Source of the DNA: an uncultured Prevotella sp.
GTDB lineage: Bacteria > Bacteroidota > Bacteroidia > Bacteroidales > Bacteroidaceae
DNA length: 64,000 nucleotides
Assembly (NCBI GenBank): GCA_900319715.1
Contig: ONPM01000004.1
Coordinates: forward strand, 1,739 to 65,738
Direction: 5' to 3'
Position numbers and translations under genes: made by a program. This document shows positions 19,001 through 31,300 of this stretch, in pieces; position 1 is the stretch's first letter, and each line of letters begins with the position of its first letter. Below the pieces are notes generated by a model, which was not told the origin of the DNA, did not search any database, and saw only the letters and a program-made list of their open reading frames with translations.

Positions 19001-22000
19001 TTTGTGTCGGAGGCGTTACTGTAGATGTCGGGGTGTTGTTTGTCTTAACGGTAACACCGGTAATCTTATTAAGAGTCGTCGTGAACGTTCCCTTACCACT
19101 ACCGCCGCCGTACATAGAGTGACCTATCAAACCATTCTTCAGCGTCAACTTCGTGTCGCCCATGACATGACCGTTCTCGGCACCGCCATAGACGGCTCCG
19201 GCGATACACTCGATGAAATTGCTTTCCATATAGTTTGAAGGAGTTGCAGTGTTGCCTGCAGGATAAGCTATAGTAACCTCGGCAGAACCCACATTAGCAC
19301 AGTACACATAGTTCTTGTATTCGCCGGCAATACCCTTACCACCGCCATACACATCACCATTGTCTAAGTCTTCAAAAGGATTATTTTCTTCTTTATTATC
19401 TTCACCATTGAGACCGATACGGCCACCTGTGATATTCACATGTGTCGCACCGATATAGCCTGGTGAATTCTCGAAATGGAACGGCCAACTCAGGGCGAAG
19501 CCATTGTTCTCATCAAGGTGCGAATGGAAATGCTCATAGACATATTTATCAGTACCTTCAGTATATACCGGATCTGTGGCATTGTTATCAATCTTGACCC
19601 TGCAGTCCATGATACCCACAGAGGCCATCTCGCCACCGCCATAGACACTCTTCTTGACCTGACCGCCAGCGATATTCACATAGGTATTCTGACCCACGCA
19701 ACCGGCAAAAATCATCGGTGTGAATACATAATTCTGATCTTTGTATCCACTAGGCTGATTTGAATCCGGTTCTTTGACAGTAATCTTGGTCTTGGTCTCA
19801 TAGTCCTTACTTCCGTAACCAGCACCATAGACATCACGGTTGACGGTACCGCCATTAATATTCACTGTGGCATTATCACGAACCGTTCCCAACTCACCAC
19901 CGCCATAGACATTTCGTTTAATGACAGCATCGCCACTGATGGTGACATTCGTCTCCTTCACCTGAGCCATCTTCGGCCAGATGGGATTAATATTACCATT
20001 AAGAAGATTCAGACGTCCCATAGATCCACCGAAGACATTACCAGACTCAGCATTACCGACAGTATTACCGATGATACCACCGCTGATATTGATGGTGATA
20101 TGGCCATGAGTCGTAGCAGGTATCTTGATACTCTCTGTGGTCTTATAGTCCTCCATTCCTTCCGTCAGGTTGTTTTCCTGATTGTATGCGTCTGCATCTT
20201 CCTGAGTATAATATATAGGTTCTCCATCCTCCACGATGTTACCATAGTTCGGGCTCTCCGCGTCAGTGAATTCCGTACCCACCGATGCCAGACGTCCTCC
20301 ACCGTAGATAGAACCAAGGATCTCACCGCCGCTGATGGTCATATTGATGTCACCACCCACGGTACCGGCCGTCTGTGCATCGCCACTGAATCCACGGCCA
20401 CCACCGAAGATGTTACCATCCACATACGATGTACCTGTCGTTCCGATCTTGGTATTGCCGCCGCTGATAGTCATCTCCACATCACCCAGCACGTGACCGT
20501 CCTCACCACCACCAAAGACGGAGCCGAAGATATGTCCACCAGTGATCTTCACAATAGCTTTCTCGACATTCGTCCAGGTGTTGAAATTGATGCGCTGGTC
20601 ACCCTTACCTGCACCGAAGAGATAGCAGGTCACCGGGTGCTTCTTGATCTCATCCGGAGTACGTGGAACGCCCAGCGTACCGCCACTCATTTCCACAGTC
20701 GTGGTACCCTTTACGTCGGTACACTCGTTACCTCCATAGACGCTGGTCAGAACGTGACCGCCCTTGATTTCCACATGGGTATTGCCATACACAGCACCGG
20801 CAGAACGGAGCCATACACCATCGGAATAGCCAAGGTCTTTCCTAGACTTATTGCCAAGTGCCTCCTTCACGACCGCCCAATCCGGATCCTGCTTGTACGG
20901 GAAGAGACCACTACCGCCACCAAACACATTACCATAGTAGGTGTGGCCGTCGGAAGCTGGTTTCGGCTTTGTAGTACCAGGCTGATAATCATAGACATCA
21001 TACGACAGATACTCGTAAATCTTATTGTCATTCTCATCAGTAGTACCAGTGTCATGCCCGTATGGCCAGCTAGCGCACTCTGCCAACGACTGGGAAGCCC
21101 ATTCATCAGTAGTATAACGGCGGTTCACGCCGTCACCATTACCGATCTGGCAATCACCGTCGATGACCACATGTGTATTAGCCTGCACATGACCGTTCAT
21201 GCTACCACCATATACGGAACCTTTCACGAAAGCATTTCCTTCGATAGTCACTTCTGTCGTGGTGGTCAAAGCCAGAGACTGAATATACTTCAGATAAGCA
21301 GGCTCTTGCCCCTCACCATCATAATATTCCCAAATATCTTTATATTTTATAATATTGTCATCATCAATATATCCATCAAAATCAGTATCCCATTCTGAGT
21401 TCCAGTCAGTATCAGTGCTCTTGACACGCCACATACGCCTTGGTCTGTTGTCCGTAGTATTCGTCAATTCGTATGGTAGTACACCCTTACCAGCACCGAA
21501 CACATGTCCCTGGTCGGTAGGCCAGCCTGTATCAGTCACCATCTTCATGTTGTCGGGACCAATCTCGGCATTGCCCTTGATGGTCACGGTACAAATACCA
21601 CCTTCATTCGTCGAATAAGGAAGTCCTATTTCTACGTCAGGATGTTGTGCGTGATAAGCCGCATCAGCAACCTTATATCTGCCTACCGAAGCAATCTCAC
21701 CGCCGCCATAGACACTCTGTCCAACTTTAGTATTACCCTGAATGAGGACAGTTGCATCGCCACGCACCAGTGCCGAGTAGCCATGGGTATTGACACCTGC
21801 ACCAGCACCGAATACGCAGCCTCTGATGTCGGGTCCTGTACCATTTTCGATACCTAACGTCACATTTGTATTATTCTCCACACGACCAATCTCGCCGCCG
21901 CCATAGACATTACCTGTACCCTCTACAAGTTTTTCATTATCGTCGAGAGTTCCCACCGTGCCGTTACCGATAGTAACATGCGTGTTACCGATGGTCTTGT

Positions 22001-22367
22001 CTGGGCTATCAGCAATGCCTATCACGGCTTTCTCACATGTGAAAGTGTCTGCCTTACCCTTTCCGCCACCGAACACATTACCAGTAATCGTTGCAGCATT
22101 ACGAACGGGAGTGATTGCCACGAGTTCACCGGCATCGTTATGCTCCGTACCTGTTCCTATCTCCACATACGTATTGCCGACGATATCGGCCATATTACCA
22201 CCGCCGTAGACATTGCCGATAGTGCCGATGGCAAGGATGCCATCGCCCTTTTCTGGCCCATCTTCCGTCACGATGTGGTCACCAGTCCAAAGCACATTAC
22301 CATCCGTATCTTTATGTTCACCGACAAAATCCTCTTTCACATACTTTGCGAGAATCCTACCCGGCAA
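16008..22367 (-). CDS. C-terminal segment (2119 aa) of a giant VYGGG-repeat, putative beta-helix surface protein
   Basis: Dozens of G-N-V-[YF]-G-G-G repeats; TTG start, no signal peptide; overlaps the upstream ORF by 11 nt and continues its repeat module. Confidence 0.8.
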   Translation of the reverse strand: MPGRILAKYVKEDFVGEHKDTDGNVLWTGDHIVTEDGPEKGDGILAIGTIGNVYGGGNMADIVGNTYVEIGTGTEHNDAGELVAITPVRNAATITGNVFGGGKGKADTFTCEKAVIGIADSPDKTIGNTHVTIGNGTVGTLDDNEKLVEGTGNVYGGGEIGRVENNTNVTLGIENGTGPDIRGCVFGAGAGVNTHGYSALVRGDATVLIQGNTKVGQSVYGGGEIASVGRYKVADAAYHAQHPDVEIGLPYSTNEGGICTVTIKGNAEIGPDNMKMVTDTGWPTDQGHVFGAGKGVLPYELTNTTDNRPRRMWRVKSTDTDWNSEWDTDFDGYIDDDNIIKYKDIWEYYDGEGQEPAYLKYIQSLALTTTTEVTIEGNAFVKGSVYGGSMNGHVQANTHVVIDGDCQIGNGDGVNRRYTTDEWASQSLAECASWPYGHDTGTTDENDNKIYEYLSYDVYDYQPGTTKPKPASDGHTYYGNVFGGGSGLFPYKQDPDWAVVKEALGNKSRKDLGYSDGVWLRSAGAVYGNTHVEIKGGHVLTSVYGGNECTDVKGTTTVEMSGGTLGVPRTPDEIKKHPVTCYLFGAGKGDQRINFNTWTNVEKAIVKITGGHIFGSVFGGGEDGHVLGDVEMTISGGNTKIGTTGTSYVDGNIFGGGRGFSGDAQTAGTVGGDINMTISGGEILGSIYGGGRLASVGTEFTDAESPNYGNIVEDGEPIYYTQEDADAYNQENNLTEGMEDYKTTESIKIPATTHGHITINISGGIIGNTVGNAESGNVFGGSMGRLNLLNGNINPIWPKMAQVKETNVTISGDAVIKRNVYGGGELGTVRDNATVNINGGTVNRDVYGAGYGSKDYETKTKITVKEPDSNQPSGYKDQNYVFTPMIFAGCVGQNTYVNIAGGQVKKSVYGGGEMASVGIMDCRVKIDNNATDPVYTEGTDKYVYEHFHSHLDENNGFALSWPFHFENSPGYIGATHVNITGGRIGLNGEDNKEENNPFEDLDNGDVYGGGKGIAGEYKNYVYCANVGSAEVTIAYPAGNTATPSNYMESNFIECIAGAVYGGAENGHVMGDTKLTLKNGLIGHSMYGGGSGKGTFTTTLNKITGVTVKTNNTPTSTVTPPTQTETTYDAEIYSITAGKVFGNTNVVMNGGYVVRNVYGGGNLGSVGKGNYAGGTDDYSYYNNGARSGYGETLDGNLWDKSSDPSKAFMNSGVSNVTINGGTVGYIDFDNVSGYTYSGLPYGNVFGGCRGESAPNIGESPRYLYCPTFFSGYVNETNVTIGAANSSEGPKIWGSVYGGGMDGHVRRDATVTINSGEIGRAYDGDGSADDLAKIEWSQCGNVYGAGSGIGQYNYDFNYDGDYEDVVEYTNPETGRASTVKERDFSTSAGSVTRFTKVEVKGGKIHRNVYGGGSLSSVGAPKIPPTRQDDPIRRNDNDKSTQGLQSLNEVIISGSTTTIGDATSYDANGNHVYGGFVFGASRGDETLSNPTSFASSAWTDVKVQGGTIYGDVYGGGEVGTVRQGTEVQLTGGVIGSVKGDKVVGGDVFGGGKGTSTVAADVGGDVLVELNKGVAEGDPGCVVDRIYGANNINGTPKGHVKVHVYATQNRDLATYANITAKKENVTSPEPPASDFDMTGVFGGGKSSDYVPADTDTKQSTEVIIEGCKLTSIYEVYGGGYGASTPGTNVLINGTKIIDKVFGGGYGKSTTDIPNNPGANIGYRTVGKTPYGSHINDEEKIAIVQLKAGKVNSVFGGSNTLGDIRNGSSITTLTSDEAGTQTDDPCEILEVGELYGGGNEAVMEGGAEIVLRCMPDSWIGEVYAGARKADVGNDVSLTITSGKFEQVFGGNKSDGKIDGYVEVNIEECPTCNTPVIIGELYGGGNEAEYTYPELDDDPNYPSPRVNVRAFTSIGTIYGGGKGKDAVVNGNPTVNVSVGMVDGGGQDYSGETRTVDGKDIQLYGHEKGKIGVIGDIFGGGNAAEVNGNTNVFIGTEKYVKLDRIVPGETDVSNYYIRTGTSSNYEYTPVPRTKATAAGTYYQRNQTGTYTEVSVSAGDDVSGFYTRSGEGTEVSPFVYAPVSPAQSNTVYCLPVLGADIQGNVYGGGNAAKVTGHTNVVIGKKQE

Positions 22368-25300
22368 CTAACTTGGCCTGATAGCCACCACCGAAGATAT
22401 TGTCGATCCGAGTAGCAGAGATGACATTGATACGCGGGTTAGCTTTGGGAGTTACATCTTCTGATGCACTCTCAAGCGGTATTCGTTGCAGCTTTTTCTT
22501 CACTGTATTGTCATTCTCATCAAAATATTCCACCTCTTCAGTATCATAGACACCATTTGTCTTCTTATATCCATAGATAGAATATGGTGCTAAGAATCCG
22601 CCGGCATACAATTCGCCGATACGGATCGGTTCACAGCCGCCCTCCTTGATGGTGACGGTGATGGAGCCATTAATGGCACCACTGGTATTGTTACCGCCAA
22701 ACACACGCTGTAACGACGAGCCATTGGTGATGATGAGGTTGATGTCGTTGTCGACATCTGCATTCTCGGCACCGCCGAACATCACAGAAATACCCTTGGC
22801 ACAATCCGACAACACCTCTACCTCTCCATCGGATTCAGCATTCTTTCCGCTACCATAGGTAGTATTGATAACCATCGGACAGTCATCAAACATGCCTGAA
22901 TAGGATGACGAGAGTTTCGTCCTGACATTACCTCTCGAATTACTGCCACCATAGACAGTGTGTATCGTACCACCCTTGATTTCCGTAGTGGCAATACCAG
23001 AGCCATACATGTAATGATTATCAGGATACTGCCTATTAACCTTGGTCCTGGCATTTTCTTTATCGATATTCTTATACGGATCTGCCTCCGTGCCAGAGCC
23101 TGTTCCAATAAACTTGCCATCTTCATCCTTATCTTGGTCTGTGACAAGGCGTGTATAGTCATAGTAACCCACGTTGGCTCCAGGGTTCTTGTACCATACC
23201 GTATTTGTGCCATTCGTTAAGGAGTAATCATCAGCACCATTACCGCCACCGAACACCTCATTGATCTCGTAGCAGCGTTCCACTACCACATACGTGGCAG
23301 GGACAGGAGCAGCATTACCACCGCCGTACACCGTTTCGATACTCGTCAGGTCGCAACCGTCGATCGTGACTTCAGGACGGGCTGCATCTACCTTAGCCTT
23401 ATTCGCAGCATAATCGTCAGCATCCACCCATAAAGCATCATCCGGCTCGTAGGGAGACAGGTTACCACCGCCATAGACGGCTCTGACATCGTATGTATTC
23501 GTATTCTTGTCGGCTTTAGTACTGAGATTTGCCGCGCCCTTCTTTTGTGTGGCATATACATAAACCTTAACCTTACCCTTCGGCGTACCGTTCAGATTAT
23601 TACAGCCGAACACACGGGTAACGGCGCAGCCTTTCTTACTGCCATCAGCATCGCCACCATTGTTGTTATTGTTCAGTTCTACCAGCACATCACCAAAGAC
23701 CGTAGCCTCCACAGGTGACTCATAGCCGGCCTGGCCTTTTGTGCCATACTCCTTTCGACCCAGACCGCCACCGTAGGCATCACCTTCGATGGTTCCGCCA
23801 AGCAGACTGACCTTTGTCGTAGGATGAACGGTTTCCGTTTTGCCATCACCATCAAGATCAACAGTACTCGTCGTGTTCGTATTGGCCAATGAACCACCGC
23901 CATACACATCCTCCGCGATTGTACCACCCTTGATTGTTACAATGACGCTACCTTTGGTAAGACCCAGTTCGCCACCGCCAAAGACAGAGCCGCTGATGTT
24001 GGCACTTTCGTCGATGGTCACTTCAGGATGAGTGGCCAAAGCCAGCGTTTCAAGATAGGTAGAATAATCGGATTCCGTCTGGAAATAATCCCAGTCAAAT
24101 CGAGCATCTCCAGCTAAAGATTCCCATTCATTCTTGAGAGTCATACGTCTAGACCGTTTCGATTGGTCAGTATTGTCCTTATCGAAATGCGGGGTGACAC
24201 CCTTACCAGCACCATAGACATCGTCTGCAATGGCAGCATTGCCCTTAACGGTTACATAACAATAGCCACCACCTTGCAATATCGACGGCATTTTGTGTTC
24301 ATCAAGACCATATTTGCCCACAGAGGCGATCTCTCCACCACCATAGACACTATGACCCACATGAGCATATTGGTCAACGGTGACTGTAGTATTACCACGC
24401 ACCAGAGCCGAGTAACCATGAGTCTCTACGCCGGCACCGCCACCGAAGACGCTACCATTGATAGTGGGCTCACTTTTAACACCTCCTTCTCCTGGTGCAA
24501 TGCCGATCTTCACTTTAGCGTCAGTTTCCACACGGCCAACCTCACCGCCGCCATAAACATTACCATTCACGGTACCGTTGATAACACTGACATCCGTGCT
24601 GTACGCAATACCTTTCTCACACCAAAAGGTGTCGTCCTTACCCTTGCCTGCTCCGAACACATTACCTTTAACGACAGCAGAACTGCCATTGATTGTAACA
24701 TTGCAAAGGCCTGTGTTCTTACTATTGCCAGCAGTATTGGGAGTACAGTCAGTATCTTGCCATGTAAACGTCCTCATGTTAGAAGACATGGTATACGTTC
24801 CTACACAGCCTAACTCGCCGCCACCATAAACGTTGCCTTTGACATTGCCACCTGTAACAGAAACCCTGGTTTCTTTTCTCACCAAAGCAAACTCGTTACT
24901 TGTTGCGTCAGCATCACCACGAGCCGCACCAAAGACATTACCATCTCCGGCAGTACCGTCGACACCGATTTGGCCGCCGCTGATGCTAATCGTAGCCAAA
25001 CCACCTGTGGTTTTCGAAACGCCTTCGGTAGTAACAGTTTTACCCACCGATCCCATAGCACCAGCACCATAGACATTGCGAACTACCTGACCACCATTAA
25101 TAGTAACTTGAGTATCTCCATAAACAACACCTGCTAATGCGTTGTAAGAATCCTCGGTACCATCGTTGTTGGAATCATACTGGTCCGTACCGCAACCACC
25201 GCCATAGAGATTACCGCGATATGGATATGCTGCACCAGAGTAAGATCCAATAGTCTCACCGCTGCTTATACCGATAGTTCCACTATGGAGTGTAACCTTA

Positions 25301-28300
25301 GCATCATTGAAAGTATGACCATTCTCACCACTGCCATAGACAGAGCCCCTGATCTGAGGACCGTCATTAGAACTAGAGGTTCCAATCACCACATTGGCAT
25401 CATAGACCCATGCCAGTTTATCGTGGATAGAATTCGGAGCACCCACATCACCACGAGACGATCCGAAAATCATACCGTTCTCATCACCATTCGTACCGAT
25501 AGTACCGCCATAGACATAAACCTCGGCTGTACCGGTATTCACTTGAGTAGTTCCTTCGGCTGCTCTTTCCCAAGCAGTCGGCATATTTGAAACCGCAGCA
25601 GTCTGATTAGGAATATAAGTTGCATTGCCGTATGTGATAGTACCTACAGAACCGTATGCACCACCACCATATATATTATGGTATATCTTAGGTTCGCCGT
25701 TAGTGCCAGAATTGATGGTCACCTTCGTATTGCCCTTAATGATACCTGCAGTCACATAATTGCTACCGGCAGGATCCACATAGCCCTTACCGCCGCCATA
25801 GACGTTACCGAATTCAGCACCGCCCTTGCCGGAGGTTCCGATGGTACCGCCAGAGACATTCACAGTGGCATTCGTAGTTACTGTACCCATCTCACCACCG
25901 CCATAGACGCTGCGCTTAATGGTACCGCCATTGATATTAACCGTCGTCGACTTCGCTGTTGCCAACAATGCCCAATGATCAGCACGATCGAAAGGAGTAC
26001 CGTCAAGTTTGGTGAGACGTCCCATAGAGCCGCCAAACACATTTCCACTATGCTCGCCCTCCGCATCGTTTGCAAACTCCTTACCGATCGTTCCGCCATT
26101 AACCGTCACGGTGATATAACCGCGCTTGAAGCCGCTAATTTCAGTACGAGTATATTGACCATCTTCACCTTTAGTCCAATCGCTATATCCATCGTCCTGC
26201 ATTTTACCATATCCATCGTCATTATTAGCGCCAAAGCCTTTCTCAGTAGTCAAGTACAAGCCATAGCCCACAGAGGCCAAACGTCCACCGCCATAGATAG
26301 AACCAAGCATAGTACCACCATTGATGGTCAAATCAACAGAGCCGCCTACATTACCGGCGGTCAATGCCTCACCACCAAATCCACGACCACCACCGAACAC
26401 GTTACCATCCACGTATGTGGAACCGACCGTACCAATAGTCGGACCTGCACCATCAGTCTTGCCTATGGTAACCGACGTGTTTCTCAGTACGTGACCATCC
26501 TCACCACCGCCGAATACAGATCCATAAATCCTACCGCCCTCAACCTTAACGATAGCATCCTTCACATTCGTTTCCTTGTTGAAGTAGATACGCTGGTCAC
26601 CCTTTCCTGCACCGAAGAGGTAACAAGTCACAGGATGATCCTTAATCTGCTGAGCCGTACGCGGCACGCCAATCGATCCGCCCGTCATGGTAACATGAGC
26701 CGTACCCAACACATTGGTAGCCTCGTTACCACCATAGACGTTCGTCAGGATATGACCACCGCTGATTTCCACGTATGAGTCGCCCCTTACAAGTCCTGCA
26801 CTGGGAAGGTATTTGCTGATACCCTCTGTTGTATCGAAGTAAGGCACACTACCTGAGCCACCACCGAATACATTACCGTAAAAGGTATGACCATCGGAAG
26901 CAACACGTCTGCCGCCTGCTGTCGATTTTCCACTGCTGTATTGATCCAAATCTCCCGTTGCATTAGCATACGGGTCATAAGGTGCATAGATAGTCTTTTT
27001 ATTATCGCCTTCACCTTCTTCTATTCCATATTTCCAACTTGCGCATTCAGCTAATGATTCAGAACTCCAGTCACTATCACTATAGCGTCCGTTCACGCCA
27101 TCACCATTACCAATCTGTCCATTCTTGATATACACTTTGGTGTCGAACTGTACAAGACCATTCTCACTGCCACCATAAACTGAACCCTTGACAAAGGCGT
27201 TTCCTTCGATGGACACCTCGGTATAACTAGATAAGGCGAGCGTTTGAATAAATGTAATATAGTCTTCCTGTGAATGAAAATATTGCCATTTATTTTCGCC
27301 ATTCTCATTAATCATACGCTTGGGCATATTTGCATCATCTTCTGCAGTGTAAGAATATTCTTTAGGCAGAATGCCCTTACCTGCACCAAATACATGCCCC
27401 ATGTCATCGGGACCATCTGCTTTTGTCATCTGCATATTGTCAGGGCCTATCTCAGCATCTCCTTTAACGATAACCTTACATTTGCCACTTGGATGGTCTG
27501 GGTCTGCCAATACATACGGCATATCTAATACCGCATCATATCCCTCAGCGATAGCAGCCGCTACTTCTTCTGGAGTTTTAGGAACTTTATACCTGGCCAC
27601 AGAGGCAATCTCACCACCGCCATAGACGTTATGTCCAATCTTGGCCTTGCCCTGAATGGTAACTGTAGGATTGCCACGTACCAAAGCAGCATAGCCATGA
27701 GTTTCCAAGCCCTTTCCTCCACCAAACACATCACCCTTAATAACTGGTGTGCCAGTTCCGGACTCGAGGCCTATCGTCACCACGGTATTCTTTTCTACGC
27801 GACCAATCTCACCGCCGCCATAGACGTTACCCATTACTATACCATTGCCGATATTAACCGTTGTTCCGCCATCGGGATTGTTTATACCGTCGCCATCTTT
27901 TCCTACCATGGCTTTCTCACACGTGAAGGTGTCATCTTTACCCATGCCACCGCCAAACACATTGCCTGTGATATAGGCGCCTAATACTGTGTTTCCTGTA
28001 GTGGATGTGGATACCAAATCGACAGTGGCAGCCGTTCCAATATTCACTGTGGGATCGCCAACGACATCTGCAGCATTACCACCACCATAGACAGTACCTA
28101 TTTCACCCAACTTATTCGGATTATCAGTAGTAGAAGGAATACTGCTGGCAAATGTGCCCGGAATCATATTAATGCTCACCGTCGGGTTGGCATACATGGT
28201 GGCTGGTACACCCAATCCCCCACCGAACACCTTACCGATATAGGTACATGAGATGACGTTCAACACAGGTTGAGCATAAGGGAATGAATGATTGGCATCA

Positions 28301-31300
28301 GTAGCAGGATTAGTCACAGCAGTATGCGCATCGCTTGCTGAAGTCCTTGGCAGATAGACGGGTTTGCCAACAGCATTCGTAGTTCCGCTGTCATAATATC
28401 CGTAGATAGAGTATGCCGCCTGATTACCACCCAAATACAACTCATCAATCTTAATGGGATGACAACCTGTTTCTTCTATGTTCAGAATGATATGTCCAAG
28501 GATAGCACCACCCAGGTTATTACCACCAAACACTTTGCCAAACGTTCCGCTGGTAATCGTCAGTTCCACGTTACCTTTTACATTCGCTTCGTCAGCGCCG
28601 CCAAAGACCTCAGCAGTCTTAGACTCTGGCATACAACCCATGACAAGTATGACATCACCCTCAATGTCGGCATATTTACCTGCACCTACGACCTTCTCCA
28701 ATGCCAAGTCACAACAATAACCAGTAGCACTACTTTCTATGGGATTGGTCACAAGGTTAATGCTTCCCTTAATGACACCCTTCTGATTACTACCACCATA
28801 AGCCTCATGGATATAGCCTGCAGTCAGCGTGGTACTAGGAATACCCGTACCGTAAGTCACCAGGGTTCCGTTGTTGTTATACTGTCCAATATCGGCACCA
28901 GGATTGGCCGTTCCGTCGCTCAGATTGTCCTTACCGTTGCCACCGCCATAGACATAGCCAATCTCGTAGGCACCTAAAACTTGTACATTCGATTCTGGCA
29001 CGGCAGCCGCGTTACCACCACCATAGACAGTTTCGATACTGGTGTAGTTACACCCCTCAATGATGACCTGACTCTTCGAGCCAGTGGTGCCATTGTATGG
29101 TGATTCGGGAACGTATGCAGCCTCATTGCCACCGCCATAGACTGCTACGACATCGTATGCGCCAGTAATTGGGGATGCGGTCTTGTTTCTAGCCTTCGTC
29201 TGTATCTTGTCTGTTGTCGCACTCTGTGTAGCATAAACATGCACCTCGACATTTCCCTTCGGCGTACCATTTACATTGTTACATCCGAAGAGTTTACCTT
29301 TCACGACACATCCTTTTGCTGCTGGATCGACACCATCATTCAACTTCAGCGTCACGTTACCATAGACCAAGGCTTCCACTGCCGTAACAGCAGCCTGCGC
29401 CGGAACGGCTGGCACGTATCCTTCATCACCTTCTGTTCCTTGAGCCGGTTGTCCATCCACTGCCGCTTTAGCCTTACGGCCAAGGCCGCCACCATAGACA
29501 TTACCGTTGATAGTACCAGCAACCAAATTGACGGCAGTAGTGTTTTGCATCTCATAATAATCTGTGTTTGCAGCTGCTTTACCGGAAGCTGGCGAGTAGA
29601 CACCTTCCGAAAGCGTGTAATACCCGTCAACGGAAGATGTACCTGTTGTTAGCCCTGTAACTGGCAGATACGAATAAACTAGATTTCCACTAACCCAGTT
29701 GGCAGTATTCGTGTCGGCCAGAGCACCGCCGCCATAGACGTCGTTGGTCACAGTGCCGCCCTGTATATTCACAGTAACAGTTCCCGTTACGGAAGCCTCT
29801 TCACCACCTCCATATACGTCATTTTTAACCGTTCCGTTAGTCAGAGTCACGCTAGTATTACCTGTAATAATAGCCGAACTTCCCAATCCACCGCCATAGA
29901 GATATCCAACTGTTCCGTTGTCCATTCTCACGGTAGGACTACCTGTATAATCAGCCAGATTACCGCCGCCATATACACTGCCTATAGGATTTGGAATTTC
30001 AGTAGTGGGAGCTGCGGTATTTGTAATCAGAACAGCCACAGTGCTCTGAGGAGCACCATTCTGATCATTACACCCAAACACTTTTCCTGCTGTACCACCT
30101 TCAACCGTCACCGTCACAGGGCCATAGACATTAGCAGCAATACCGGGATTTTCGGAGTTAGTTCCACGCTGTCCCAGTCCACCACCGAACACACTGCCGT
30201 TGACAGTACCTTTCAGGACGTTAACTTTGGTCGTCTTGCCGTTTTGAGGATAATATTCTGTCACATTGCCATCAGGGGCTTTCGTAGATCTGGCATTTAC
30301 AGCACCAAAGGCACTACCGCCATAAACGCTGCCTTTGATAGTAGCGCTTCCTGTATATGCCGTTTCATTTCCCTCTGGTGCCTTACCAATATTCACCTCG
30401 ACGTCATTAGCCACAACTGTCTTTTCTCCCATACCGCCACCATAGACGTCCTTGGATATCGTACCACCATTGACATTCACACGTGTGCTTGCTGTCTTAA
30501 TAATATCATCGTCTTTATATTGTACATCACTCTCCGCACCACCACCATAGACACATCCCCCTACAGTGGTTGTTCCTTCAATATTCAGCGTCACCTGACC
30601 TGTTACAGTACCAAGGGTTGTTAGGTCTTTGTCTGTACGAAGTTTTTTACCGTTCGTGTCAATAGCATTGGATGAAGTAACACTTGCCACATGTTCCCAT
30701 GTATATTCTTCACTACCGGGAACATCCGGATCAAAGTAGGTTCCCAAATTTTGATTATAAAAAGGTGCTTTTACGAAATTACCTGTATTCCTTACCTCAA
30801 CTTTAGGCAAGGTACCAGAATAACCGGCACCAAATACGCTTTCAGTCACCGTACAATCAGTAAGTGTTGAAGTGACAGGACCGTCCACCATACCAAGATT
30901 GCCACCGCCATAGAAGTTTTTGTTGATGGTACATCCAGTAAGTTTAGAAGTGACATCTCTAGTTTTAGCCAAAGAGAAGCTCACATAGTCAACAAGCAAA
31001 CGCGCAACATTCTGATAGTTATTCGACATAGGCAGATACTGGGTGCTATAAGTCACAGATACACCATATCCCTCCTTGTAATTTTTTTTGTAATTGTTGT
31101 TTAAGAATGTATTCCAGTTGTTTGTACCATAGTCACCATTAATATTGTTTATATTGGACGGCGCATAACGATTGTAGGAGTTGCCGCCGTAACCCGCACC
31201 ATAGAAAGTATCAAATGTACAGTCTTTAGCGGTAGTTTTTACCGTTTTGCCTATGTTCATATCACCGAACTTCGGTCCGCCGCAGAACTGCTTGATATAT

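Noticed and set aside
22340-22400. Programmed ribosomal frameshift joining the two giant ORFs
   Set aside because: There is no slippery heptamer, and residues are missing relative to the paralogous modules, which fits a deletion better.
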